DNA of 64,000 nt from Eledone cirrhosa (taxonomy: Eukaryota). A program made the position numbers and the translations under genes. Each line of letters begins with the position of its first letter. Positions within the stretch are counted from its first letter, which is position 1. This document shows positions 1 through 12,327 of the stretch, piece by piece. The stretch spans positions 234,670,001-234,734,000 of the forward strand of contig OZ024740.1 in the NCBI GenBank assembly GCA_964016885.1. The letters run 5' to 3'. The notes beneath the pieces were generated by a model that was not told the DNA's origin, ran no database searches, and worked only from the letters and a program-made list of their open reading frames with translations.

Positions 1-174
1 ATATATATTGTTATACTTTGGGAGGGTCATGTTGCCAATAAGAAACACACGCACCAGTTGCATTCACTCCAATTTATTATAAATTAAAAAATTTTTTCAA
101 AAAATGTTTTCAAAAGAATTTATAAATTTCCGGTTGGTTGGTTGGTTCCACAACCGGACGGTTGTTCATATATT

Positions 175-218
175 GTCAAAGTTCTTTCGTCACACATTCT
201 GTGACCTCTTCAGTGACT
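175..218 (-). ncRNA. Minimal type-I hammerhead ribozyme in PLE pLTR
   Basis: Minus strand: gtca CTGAAGA g gtcaca-gaatg-tgtgac GAAA g aa c TT tgac. The partner copy at 1721-1763 (+) has core mutation CAGAAGA. Confidence 0.75.
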
Positions 219-315
219 GGGGATTATTTTCTTTGTTTTGTGCCTCTCCTTTGTTCTGTCCTACGCCATCTTGTTTTTGTGTGTATTGTGTGCTTAGTTT
301 GCGCATGTGTTACAT

Positions 316-1524
316 TAGAAGACAGCAACCTCTTAACCCTGATAATGTACTCTCGCTACGTTGATGACATAAACATCGTAGTAAAAACACCCCCACTAGA
401 GAACAGTCAGGAATTAGAGAAAAACACCATGGAAAGCATCCAGCAAATAGCTAACTCCATCCACCAGAGTATTAGAATTACTATAGACTACCCAAGCAAA
501 CACCCCAACCATCGATTACCTGTACTAGACACAGAGCTCTGGTTAGAAACCATTAATAACAAAAAACAAATCCTCCATTCCCATTATGCCAAAACATGAA
601 TGGAATAGCAACATCACAACTTCCAAATATCTGATCCACCGAAACTCGGCTGTTTCGGATCACACCGAAATCAACATACTGATTGCGGATTTAGTACGGG
701 TGATGAGAAACGTGTCCCGCATGTCCCGCATGTCCCGCATGTGCAACCCCAAAGAACTAGAGAGACACATACAACACTTCATCCACCGCATGCAGTTCTC
801 TGGTTACAATCAGAGAGATAAAATCAGCGTATATAGAGGAGCCAGAACCAAATGGGAAAAAAATGGTAAATAATGATACAAATGGGACCTGCCCCTTGTA
901 TAGGAGCAAATTTTGGAATAGAATAGAAAGAATTAGGAATAAGGTTAATAGAATAAACTCATGGTATGATAGCAATAAATACCAGAGTGTAATGTTCAAC
1001 AATACAACCCCTAGAGGTGAATTAGCTAACAAATTTAGAAGGGCCCTAGATAAACTTAAACTTAATATTAAGATAGTAGAAAGACCAGGTACCTCCATAA
1101 AAACACTTATTAGTAATACATACCCTTTTCAAAGACCTCCCTGTATAGATAAGAAATGCTTAATCTTTAAACTAAGCCCCATATTAACTGTAAAACTAGA
1201 AACATAGTATATAGCATAAGATGTACTGAAGGACAATGTAAAGATAAGTATATAGTGTACGTAGGAGAGACAGCTCGTAGTATAGGAAAACGGTTAAATG
1301 AACACTGGTGAGGGATTCAAGATAGAAAAGAATCATCAATACTCCACCAACATGCTCAAATAGAACATAAGGGCAAATTAGAGAACATGGAAATAAAAAT
1401 AAAATCTACACACAGAAAAGACGCAATGTTTAGACAAATCACAGAGGCAATAAACATAAATGAACTCCAACCAAAATTAAATAGAAAACATGAATGGAAT
1501 AGCAACATCACAACTTACAATTAA
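316..1524 (+). pseudogene. Disrupted PLE RT C-terminus plus GIY-YIG endonuclease
   Basis: YSRYVDDINIV, LPVLDTELW and IVYSIRC...[10 protein letters not shown] are split over several frames with stops; colinear with 7440-8600. Confidence 0.9.
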
Positions 1525-2081
1525 GGAGAAAATGAAAACACACACACATAGAACAAACAACCAACCAGTAACATGTAAATAAACAAATAAATAAACATAT
1601 AAAAACACACACAGACACCCGGATGTAACACATGCACAAACTAAGCACACAACACACACAAAAACAAGATGGCGTAGGACAGAACAAAGGAGAGGCACAA
1701 AACAAAGAAAAGAATCCCCAGTCACAGAAGAGGTCACAGAATGTGTGACGAAAGAACTTTGACAATATATGAACAACCGTCCGGTTGTGGAACCAACCAA
1801 CCAACCGGAAATTTATAAATTTTTTTGAAAACATTTTTTGAAATTTTTTTAATTTATAATAAATTAAAGTGAAAGCAACTGGTGCGTGTGTTTCTTATTG
1901 GCAACATGACCCTCCCAAAGTATAACAATATCGGTTTCAACACACGCTTTCAGATAAAGAATCTTGCTAAACTAATTCAAAAACGAAATATATATATAAA
2001 TATATATATATATATGGTAGCGGTCAGTTAAAAAATTCGACCTTTCCTTGAGGAGGTGTCTTGAAAAGCCGATAGCCTCAC

Positions 2082-2145
2082 GGCCCCGATGCACTTTAGT
2101 TACACTCTAGCTGCATACGACTCGGCGAAACTGTACAGTCGGGTC
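2082..2145 (+). ncRNA. Degenerate hammerhead motif in a short TA-flanked fragment
   Basis: GAAAC TGTACA GTC gggtc with palindromic stem III and an upstream ggccc stem I partner. The 5' core is damaged (cgatgc). Confidence 0.4.
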
Positions 2146-2210
2146 TTTGAAGAAAACAGGTATATTTTTCTTCACATTTATAATTGCTGTGTGTGTGTGT
2201 GTGTATGTGT

Positions 2211-2306
<96 letters not shown>

Positions 2307-2382
2307 GTGTGCGTCTATATATTCATGCAAATCTATTGGTGAACGCTGCAAAACTGTTGTTCTACAGTATAAATATCATTGT

Positions 2383-2577
2383 AGGGCGGTGGATTGGCAG
2401 TATCGGTAGAGGGTTGGACATCATGCTTTGACGCATAGAGTTACGGCCCTTTCCATTCTGAGTTCAAATCCCGCCGAGGTCAACTTTGTCTTTCATCCTT
2501 ACGAGGTCGATAAAATAAAGTACCAGTAATGCACTGGATATTTGCTGGCCTTGTGCCAAAAGTAGAAACAATTATTT
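2383..2577 (+). mobile_element. tRNA-derived SINE, family 1
   Basis: A-box-like tggcagtatcgg, B-box gttcaaatccc, central tttcatccttacgaggtcgataaaataaagtaccag, tail agaaacaattatt; more than 12 copies in window. Confidence 0.85.
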
Positions 2578-3001
2578 AACTGTAGATTGTCCAGTTATTT
2601 CGTTATTTCTTTGGACACGTGACTTTGGAACAGCAATCTTTTACTTTGGAACAACAATCTACTTTCTCGTGTTTTCTTATTTTTCATTTTTATTCCTTCA
2701 TTTCCATTTTTGATAAGATTTTGTTTGTTTTTTTTCATTAACATTTATTAATCTTTGTTCGTGTCTGAGTGCGTGTATTTTTTTTTTTTTTTTTTTTTGT
2801 TATTCTTCAGAAAATATAATTCCAATGCGTTCGCTTTCTAAGCGAAGATGCGTTCGTGAACGCGGCGCGTAAAGCAAATAAAAAAAATTAAAAACCACAC
2901 GCGTTATAGCTATTCTTTTTAAAATAGCCGAATCATTTCCAGCTTCCATATATGGAAAATGATATTAATAATAGTAAAATGCTTAAACATATAGTAAAAG
3001 A

Positions 3002-3225
3002 AATAATGGTTTCTTATATAGGCACAAGGCCAGCAATTTTGGGAGAGGGGAAAGTCGATTAAATCGGCCCCAGTGCGTGACTGGTACTTTATTTTATCGA
3101 CCCCGTAAGGATGAAAGGCAAAGTTAACCTTGGCGGTATTTGAAATCAGATCATAAAGGGCCGTAACTCTATGCTGCAAAGCATGGTGTCAGACCCTCTG
3201 CCTATACTCCCACTCCACTACGCTT
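3002..3225 (-). mobile_element. SINE family 1
   Basis: Reverse complement of the same consensus. Confidence 0.8.
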
Positions 3226-3420
3226 TAATAATATTTTTTCAAGAGGCCTTAAAGCAAATCGCATACTTCAGGTTCGCGTAAAAAGCCTAAGGCCAGTAAT
3301 TTGGTGGGGGTAGGGGGGTTGATTACATCAACTGGTACTTTACTGGTACTTTATTTTATCAACCTCGAAAGTACAAAAGGTAAAGTTGACCTCGGCAGGA
3401 TTCAATCTCAGATCGTAAAG

Positions 3421-4011
3421 CAGAGGTTCTCAAACTGTTTGGGCCAACGCTCCCCCCACCCCACCTGCCTATACATAAATTGTAAATAATATATAATAAA
3501 TAAAATCTTTAATTTATATATAATAACTAATATAATATATACCAGTCATGGGCAACCTGCGGCCCGCGAAGCTTTCTGAAAGGTTTGCCTAAGTCACCTA
3601 AGTGAAATCATTTTGATTTTTTTACTCCAACTTTTCAGCCGTAATTTATCTTTGTATCATTTTTACGATCGAGGAAAACAACGTGTACGAATTCTGAAGA
3701 AACAAATCAAAACAATCTGAATTATCGCCCTTTTTTTAATGTGGGCGCGAATGAAATTAGCACTTGCGGCCCGCCTGATGATGAACCATATCTCATGCGG
3801 CCCGCTTCTCGAAAAAGGTTGCCCATGCCTGCTGTATATTATGTATAAATAAATATTATATATTTTTTATTTTACTGAATAATATGTATCATTTGATATT
3901 TAATATACTATTACATCATCTCTACCTTCCTCTACTGCCCCTTAGGCCTCAGCGCCCCCTGGACCTTTTCAATGCCCTGTGGGGAGTAGCGCCCACTTTG
4001 AGGAACCACTG
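3421..4011. mobile_element. hAT-type MITE with 8-bp TSD
   Basis: TIRs cagaggttctcaaa / tttgaggaaccactg; TSD tcgtaaag at 3413-3420 and 4012-4019. Confidence 0.85.
3543..3831. mobile_element. Second hAT-type MITE nested in the first
   Basis: TIRs cagtcatgggcaacct / aggttgcccatgcctg and subterminal gcggcccg motifs. Absent from the sister copy at 52502-52826. Confidence 0.8.
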
Positions 4012-4698
4012 TCGTAAAGGGTCCTAACTAAATACCACAAAAAGTAGTTTAGCTATGTTAGATTTGATTATTCTTTCATTAAAGATATAAATACTTTGAT
4101 TCTTTCAGTTAATTATGAAGTTCGTACGTAGTATCAGAGCTATTAAATAGAAGCTGATATAAAGGAAATTAAATTTCCCATTAACTAGTTCATAGTTTAA
4201 TATATTAGGTTATCAAAATCAAGAAGGAAAAATCAGCAGCGAGAGAGGGGAGGGGGTTCAAAGTACACGAGGTAAGAGGGAAGGGAGGCTTACAAAGCTA
4301 TACTTCTAGAAACAGGAAGTAGGTTACCACTGCTTTATTGAAGCATTGCATGACATGTGATGTGACACGTGATGGAAGGAAATATCTGAAATGTCAGTTT
4401 TCTAAAACAAAACAAATAACATTTTATAGGATTAATGCATTAAATATGTTCATAAACAACATAACTGACAGAAACCTATTTCTGGAACTTTTACTGGTTT
4501 CAATCTTTAGACAGCGGCCATGCTGGGGCACAGCCTTCATTAAGTCTGTCATATAGACACCACTACATTTTTCTTTTTTTTTTTTTTTTTTTTTTTTTCA
4601 AGTTTTGGACTTATTTTGTTAATATCTTTTATTTCGAACCACAAAGAGACAGGACACAGACACAAACGTTAATATAGACGCGAACACACAGACAGACA

Positions 4699-4801
<103 letters not shown>

Positions 4802-4928
4802 CCTGTCGAAAAGGCAAGAGCTCAGCCGTTGGGCTCCGACTCTTTCTAATATAGTCACACTCTACTATTCCAAGTATCGGGTGCTCAGTTGAATAATGGT
4901 CTAAATAGTTTAATACTGGTTTAATCCT

Positions 4929-5063
<135 letters not shown>

Positions 5064-5197
5064 TGCGCAACCGGTAAAAACTTAAAAACTTAAAACCACA
5101 AATGAATACTAACCCATACAATCACTAATACTCTTTTATTCCTAATTAAACCATTTTTCAACTGTGAACAATTTGTCAGCATTTTCTATTCCGTTTA

Positions 5198-5297
<100 letters not shown>

Positions 5298-5417
5298 TAT
5301 ACATATATATATATATATATATTATATTTATATATATACATTATACATTATATATATCTATACTCATATACATATATATCTATATATCTATACTCATATA
5401 CATATATACATATATAA

Positions 5418-5475
<58 letters not shown>

Positions 5476-5615
5476 ATAATAATAAATTTGAAGACTAAAA
5501 TCCAAAGAGGGCTCGATAAGAATAAATATATATCAAATATATTCGAGTTTCAGAAGATCCCGTTAAGGGTGAAAGCAGCGATTCTTTGCTTAAACTTTAA
5601 TCTGTTATTTTAATA

Positions 5616-5705
<90 letters not shown>

Positions 5706-5734
5706 ATTAAAAAGTGAACAACACAAAATATAAC

Positions 5735-5805
5735 TACTCCATTACCAAAGGTTTCTGGATCCCAGACAATAATAATATACGTCCGGATCGGTCATCAGGC
5801 AGAGA
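5735..5805 (-). ncRNA. Degenerate hammerhead motif
   Basis: Minus: CTGATGA ccgatccggac...gtctgggatcca GAAAC ctttg GTA; stem I imperfect. Lies in a TA-flanked fragment about 5702-5890. Confidence 0.5.
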
Positions 5806-5908
5806 TGTTTATTCACTATCTAATTAAATAGTTCTGTTCTATAGATAGAGCACTCTTTTTTCCTTTGCTTTTCCTTCGGAATTATCTAACATATATACAT
5901 ATATATAT

Positions 5909-6284
5909 ATATAGTGAAATAAGATAACAAGGACGATTGGTTACTCCTTCATTGCGTTTATTGGTTGGTGACGCGCGTTTTGGCCACTGATCAGCTCAAG
6001 GTTCGATCTGTATCGATCTGACCTGACTCTGTAATCCGCTGCTCGTCAGACCTCTTGTAATGTTAATGGAAGAATGAATACATGCTGAACCTTGAACTGA
6101 TCAGTGGCGAAACGCGCGTCACCAACCAATAAACGCAATGAAGGAGTAACCAATCGTCCTTGTTATCTTATTTCACTATAATACACTCTGTCTAGCTCTA
6201 CACCTCGACACTGAAGTGAACCTAAACATTGAGTGCTCAGCCGGGTGAACCTAACCTACAGTAACTCCAAGTTACACTCCCTAG

Positions 6285-6290
<6 letters not shown>
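5909..6290. mobile_element. Fold-back PLE pLTR-derived mini-element with hammerhead
   Basis: Inverted repeat about 5909-6004 / 6087-6180 plus a one-sided tail. Minus strand 6052-5967 reads ggt CTGACGA...(g>a)AAAC GCGC GTC acc. In (TA)n. Confidence 0.75.
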
Positions 6291-6336
<46 letters not shown>

Positions 6337-6495
6337 ACATTTAAATAAATCTAAGGCAAAAGACTAATTGTCAACAATATCTTTTGCATTTGCATTCTTT
6401 ATTCTATGTCCATACCTGCATTGTTTTGGCTTTATTATACATATACAAACGTTTATACCTCATTACACAATGCTTCAAGTGAACTATAACCTCCT

Positions 6496-6541
<46 letters not shown>

Positions 6542-6854
6542 CAAGCCGGTATGAATTTTTTTTCTCTCTCTCTCTCTCGTCTGCGACTTCACAGAACTTA
6601 TGTTTACCGAATTCGCAGACCAGACCCCTTCTTCTTCCCCCCGTTAGACGTGTGCGAAATTCCTTCCTTGCTCACATTTCAACCAGGTTTGATGGTCTTT
6701 ATTCTCTCGTTCACGATTTCACCGAGTTTATATTCATAGAAATCTGGGACTTGTCTCTTTCTTCTCACTTTCTGTTGCTTAAACCATTTTGTTTGTTCAC
6801 CCTAACGTCCCCTTTATTTACGTGTCCCAACGACTTTTTTTAGCCGTTGTTCGC

Positions 6855-6930
6855 ACCAACCTGAGGTATATGGCCCTTAAAGCGATGAAATGCCTAGGAC
6901 GGTTGGAGGGTCACTGATGAAGGACTTACT
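6855..6930 (+). ncRNA. Degenerate hammerhead-like motifs in TA-flanked fragment 6539-6976
   Basis: ccaac CTGAGGT...GAAA tgcctag gac ggttgg, followed by a second CTGATGA. Confidence 0.35.
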
Positions 6931-7190
6931 TTTTCATATGTAACCCATTTACAACGCCGCAGCTCCATTATTATCATATATATATATATATAGAAATAAT
7001 TTATGAATAAAAGCATCTTTCTTAATATTGTTATACTTTGGGAGGGTCATGTTGCCAATAAGAAACACACGCACCAGTTCCTTTCACTTCAATTTATTAT
7101 ATATTTATAAATTTATAAATTTACAAATCTACAAATTTATAAATTTCTGGTTGGTTGGTTGGTTCCACAACCAGATAGTTGTTTATATAT

Positions 7191-7235
7191 AGTCATAGTC
7201 CTTTCGTCACACACTCTGTGACCTCTTCAGTGACT
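7191..7235 (-). ncRNA. Minimal type-I hammerhead ribozyme (3' pLTR)
   Basis: agtca CTGAAGA g gtcaca-gagtg-tgtgac GAAA g ga c TA tgact. Confidence 0.8.
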
Positions 7236-7439
7236 GGGGATTCCTTTCTTTGTTTCTGTGCCTTTCCTTTCTTCTGTCCTACGCCATTTTGTTTCTGTGT
7301 GTGTGTTGTGTGCTCAGTTTGCGCATGCGCCACATCCGGGTGTCTGTGTGTGTTTGTGTTCATTTATCTATTTGTTTATTTATTTACATGTTATTGGTTG
7401 GTTGTTTCTTCTATGTGTGTGTGTGTTTTCATTTTGTCC

Positions 7440-10400
7440 TTAATTGTAAGTTGTGATGTTGCTGTTCCACTCATATTTTCTATTTAATTTTGGTTGTAAT
7501 TTTTTTATGTTTATTGCCTCTGTAATTTGTCTAAACATTGCATCTTTTCTGTGTGTAGATTCTATTTTTATTTCTATGTTCTCTAATTTACCCTTGTGTT
7601 CTATCTTAGCATGTTGGTAGAGTACAGATGATTCTTTATTATCTTGAAGGTCTCGCCAGTGTTCATTTATCCGTTCCCCTATACTACGAGCTGTCTCACC
7701 TATGTACACTATATTTTTGTTTCTACATTGTCCTTCAGTACATCTTATGCTATACACTACATTTCTAGTTTTACAGTTAATATGGGGGCTTATTTTACAG
7801 GTTATACATTTCTTATCTATACATGAGGGTCTTTGGAACGGGTATATCTTGCTAATAAGTGTTTTTACGGAGGTACCTGGTCTTTCTACTATCTTAATAT
7901 TGAGTTTATGTTTATTTAGGGCCCTTCTAAATTTGTAGGCTAGTTCGCCTCTAGGGGTTGTATCGATGAACATTACACTCTGGTATTTATTGCTATCATA
8001 CCATGAGTTTATTCTATTGGCCTTGTTCCTAGTTCTTTCTATTCTATTCCAAAATTTGCTCCTATACAAGGGGCAGGTCCCATTTATGTCATTATTTACC
8101 ATTTTTTCCCATTTGGTTCTGGCTCCTCTATACACTCTGATTCTATCTCTCTGATTGTAGCCAGAGAACTGCATACGGTGGATGAAGTGTTGTATGTGTC
8201 TCTCTAGTTCTTCGGGGTTGCACATGCGGCACACATTTCTCATCACCCGTACCAAATCCGCAATCAGTATGTTGATTTTGGTATGGTCCGAAATGGCCGA
8301 GTTTCGGTGGATCAGATGTTTGGAAGTCATGGGTTTGGCATAATGGGAATGGAGGATTTGTTTTTGGTTGTTAATGGTATCTAACCAGAGCTCTGTGTCT
8401 AGTACAGGTAATCGATGGTTGGGGTGTCTACTTGGGTAGTCTATAGTAACTCTAATGCTCTGGTGGATGGAGTTTGCTATTTGCTGTATGCTTTCCATTG
8501 TGTTTTTCTCTAGTTCCTGATGTTCTCTGGTGGGGGTGTCTTAACTACGATGTTTATATCATCTACGTAGCGGGAGTACATTATCAGGGTTAAGCTGTCT
8601 TCTAATTGTTCTTTAAGTTTAAGTTTAAGTCTACTGTCCCACCATACCATGAATAAGTTAGCTATGTCGCCTGCAATGCTAACACCAATGGCTGCTCCTT
8701 CCTCTTGGGCATATGTTTTTCCATTAAATTTGAACATATGTTCCTTAAGGGTTAATTTTATGCTGGCCCCTACCGCATGTGCAATCATTTTCTTCAGTTC
8801 ATCGTGGTTTTCGGGTGTCCGTATGGCTCTGGTCCACCCGTTCCATCTATCTGTGTGGGTTTTCTTGGCCATTGAGGTAATGGTAGGTGGTCTGCCTCTT
8901 GCTGGTCTTGTAGGGCACAGGTTGCTAAGGTCATATGTGTCTAGGTAACAATTACTATGGGTAAGCTTAAGTTGAAGTCCCAGCTCACTGGTATCAATCC
9001 CACGGAACTCAACCTTGCTCTCGCTGATCATTTCTACGCATTTCTCCACAGCAAAATCCACGTCAATAGATGGATACAGGGACACAACATCCATACTGCC
9101 TATTATGCAGTTTGTTAGGTCCCCAGATCGGTTACTCACGCCGATTCTGCTGAGGAGGTCCTCCGTGCTGTCACATACATCTGGGGACATCTCAATGATG
9201 GGGCGTATGATCAGGGAGAGGAAGTAGGACAGTCTGTAGTTACTAGCAATGTTAGCTCCACAGACTGGCCGTGTTGGTGGTCCCGCGACAGGGTCACAGC
9301 CCGTTTTATGGTCTTTTCGAAGCCCATACAACGCCGGCACGTCATTGTTCCAGGCCTGGAAGTTGTTGGCAGTCCTTTTGTTGGGCTGCATTATATTCGT
9401 CCACATCACCATATGGGCATTGAGGGCTTTTTCTCTATCCTCATGCTCCTGTGGTGTTACCTCTCTTGTGTTAGTGATGTGGGGTTGCATTGCCTGGATG
9501 TAGTTTGGCAGGCTGTCAACCTACATTCTGCCAGACTTGTCTGTTGGAAAGCATGCTATCTCTCCATTACGTGAGCGTTGCATGAGCTTACGCAAGCCAT
9601 TTGCAGATTTTTCTCCCAGTTGCTGGGCCTCTATTCTATTATGCTTCTTGCTATACTGTTCTATAATATTTCTAAGTTCGGATCTAGCTATACTAAATTG
9701 TGCTTCTGTTTGTTCATCGACCTGCGACGGCAACTGCGTGCGTTTGTTAAATGGTAAAGTCGTGGCGTGGACTCGTCGCAGGTCGAATGATTTATCGGAG
9801 GGATTATAAAACGGAGAGTTCCAGGCTGCTGCTTTATGTGTACTAGTGCTATTGTTATTGTTAGTTGTGTTGTTTCTATTTCTATTTCCACCAACAGCCT
9901 CATGGTTGTTTCTATGTCTCTCATAATTACTCCTGTCTCTTTCAACTGGCTCAATGTTGTTATCTACCCTATTTTATGTGTCTGTGTGTTCGTCTTGGTT
10001 ATTCTCTTTGTCCTTAGTCTCCCTTCTCCTTTTAATCCTATTACTTTCCCTTATTTCTGTGGTTTCTGTGCTACTGTCATTACTTGTTTTCTGTGTCTGT
10101 GTGTTTGTTAAGATTGTGGTGGTGGTGATAGGCATTGAATGCGTGTGTGTTGTTGTTGTTGATGTGTGCTGTTGTTGATGTGTGTTGTTGTTGTCTCCGT
10201 GTGTGTTATCGTTGTTGTGTGTGTTGTTATTGTTGTTTGTGTCTGCGTGTCTGTTGTTGTTGTTTCTGGGTATGTTGTTATTGTTGTTGTTGTTGATGTG
10301 TGTGTTGTTGTTATTGTTGTTTGTGTCTGTGTGTCTGTTGTTGTTGGGATGTGTGTTGTATATGTGTGTGCGTATATTGTTGCTTTTGTTTTTTTTGTTT

Positions 10401-11134
10401 TTGATGCTCCAGCGTAGTTTTGTAAATGATTTTTCTATTTCTGACAGACAACTAATCATATTTACCTTCTTGAATGTCGCAAATTTCGGCGGCAAACATA
10501 ACACAGACATTTCATCATTATCTATTTTTGCGTTCCCATATATGTTGGTGTTTTTGTTGTTGAACTCTTCTGATAATGAGGTGTCGGCCATGTTGATACC
10601 GTCAATTTTGTCGGGATATCTATTGGTATACTCTATAGTATCCTGATTTAGCTTTGCCTGTTTAAGCCACTTTAGTTTCCTGTTAAAGTGCTTATCACAT
10701 TCTTGAGTAATGTACTGTTCTTCAGGGCGTATAAGGCTTATAAATATTAGTTTCTCTCTTGGTGTGGTGATCCTAGCTATTCCTTGTATTAGGTTACGCT
10801 TTTGTTTTTCTTGATGACTTAATTCTCTATAGATCTTCTTTTTTATGTTTAGAATTAATGTTCGTTTTAGCCTATCTGCTTGTTTTTTGGTGAGTTGTAA
10901 TCTTCTAACGTCGGTATTGATGGTGTTGGTGTAGATTCTGGACGAGGCACACTGCTTTATGAAGTATAGTTGTCGAGATGTTATGGTTTTTCGTAGACAA
11001 CAGAACATGGTGGTTTTCAGTATCTTGTTAGCCTGGCTAAGGCTTACGATATTTCGTTTCTGAATTTGTTTAGCAAGATTCTTTATCTGAAATCGTGTGT
11101 TGAAACCGATATTGTTATACTTTGGCAGGGTCAT
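7440..11134 (-). pseudogene. PLE polyprotein (N-terminal domain with Asn-rich insert, RT, thumb, C-terminal GIY-YIG), three lesions
   Basis: One reading frame from MTLPKYNN continues through in-frame TAA (9974-9976) and TAG (9521-9523), with a 1-bp deletion near 8521. Motifs LYGLRKDHK, GSMDVVSLYPS, YVDD, VVYSIRC...YIGETARS. Confidence 0.92.
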
Positions 11135-11274
11135 GTTGCCAATAAGAAACACACGCACCAGTTCCTTTCACTTCAATTTATTATATATTTATAAATTTAT
11201 AAATTTACAAATCTACAAATTTATAAATTTCTGGTTGGTTGGTTGGTTCCACAACCAGATAGTTGTTTATATAT

Positions 11275-11319
11275 AGTCATAGTCCTTTCGTCACACACTC
11301 TGTGACCTCTTCAGTGACT
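11275..11319 (-). ncRNA. Minimal type-I hammerhead ribozyme (5' pLTR)
   Basis: Identical to 7191-7235, 4084 nt away. Confidence 0.8.
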
Positions 11320-11878
11320 GGGGATTCCTTTCTTTGTTTCTGTGCCTTTCCTTTCTTCTGTCCTACGCCATTTTGTTTCTGTGTGTGTGTTGTGTGCTCA
11401 GTTTGCGCATGCGCCACATCCGGGTGTCTGTGTGTGTTTGTGTTCATTTATCTATTTGTTTATTTATTTACATGTTATTGGTTGGTTGTTTCTTCTATGT
11501 GTGTGTGTGTTTTCATTTTGTCCTTAATTGTAAGTTGTGATGTTGCTGTTCCACTCATATTTTCTATTTAATTTTGGTTGTAATTTTTTTATGTTTATTG
11601 CCTCTGTAATTTGTCTAAACATTGCATCTTTTCTGTGTGTAGATTCTATTTTTATTTCTATGTTCTCTAATTTACCCTTGTGTTCTATCTTAGCATGTTG
11701 GTAGAGTACAGATGATTCTTTATTATCTTGAAGGTCTCGCCAGTGTTCATTTATCCGTTCCCCTATACTACGAGCTGTCTCACCTATGTACACTATATTT
11801 TTGTTTCTACATTGTCCTTCAGTACATCTTATGCTATACACTACATTTCTAGTTTTACATCTTTCTTAATGTTATTCT

Positions 11879-11916
<38 letters not shown>

Positions 11917-11922
11917 TGTGTT

Positions 11923-11982
<60 letters not shown>

Positions 11983-11988
11983 TGTGTA

Positions 11989-12044
<56 letters not shown>

Positions 12045-12094
12045 AGTATGTATGTATACGTACATACATATATGTATACAGACGTACGGTAGCA

Positions 12095-12134
<40 letters not shown>

Positions 12135-12286
12135 CAGGTACACATACATATATGTACGTATCAGTTTAGCGGACGCTTATTATAACGCCCGCTTTGTTCG
12201 TTTGTAAACAAACTGAACAGCCTGAATTTATGCCGTACGGTGTTAAGGCAACCACGTCACCTTTTTGTTCAACACTGACACAGGAA

Positions 12287-12327
12287 CGATGTACTAGTTT
12301 CAAGCTTGTTAGCTATCATCAGCACCG
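12287..12327 (-). ncRNA. Minimal type-I hammerhead ribozyme
   Basis: cggtg CTGATGA t agct-aaca-agct t GAAA c ta GTA catcg; palindromic stem III actagt. Confidence 0.85.

Larger units (their letters stand above)
5..1990 (+). mobile_element. 5'-truncated Penelope-like element (family A) with inverted 5' pseudo-LTR
   Basis: 5-315 is the reverse complement of 1623-1931. Between them lie RT YVDD/thumb and GIY-YIG coding remnants. A 3' tail 1932-1990 runs into the element's own ORF start. Flanked by (TA)n. Confidence 0.9.
3284..4040 (-). mobile_element. SINE family 1 interrupted by nested MITEs
   Basis: SINE sequence stops at 3420 and resumes at 4012. Confidence 0.7.
7027..11859 (-). mobile_element. 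Near full-length Penelope-like element (family A) with tandem pseudo-LTRs
   Basis: 751-bp direct repeats at 7025-7775 and 11109-11859 (offset 4084). TSD (ca)tctttcttaat at 7014-7026 and 11858-11870. Confidence 0.95.

Noticed and set aside
5470-5615. Hammerhead-like cagaaga...gaaa in a fragment related to 33412-33492 and 41252-41375
   Set aside because: Core mismatch and no convincing stems I and III; kept only as a repeated fragment.
9521-9976. Selenocysteine or programmed readthrough in the PLE ORF
   Set aside because: The stops are TAA and TAG, not TGA, and are not shared with the sister element, which has Ser at the TAG site and a different stop at 25061.
7025-11859. True LTR retrotransposon suggested by direct repeats
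   Set aside because: The repeats include GIY-YIG coding sequence and lack TG...CA ends, PBS, gag and integrase; they are PLE pseudo-LTRs.
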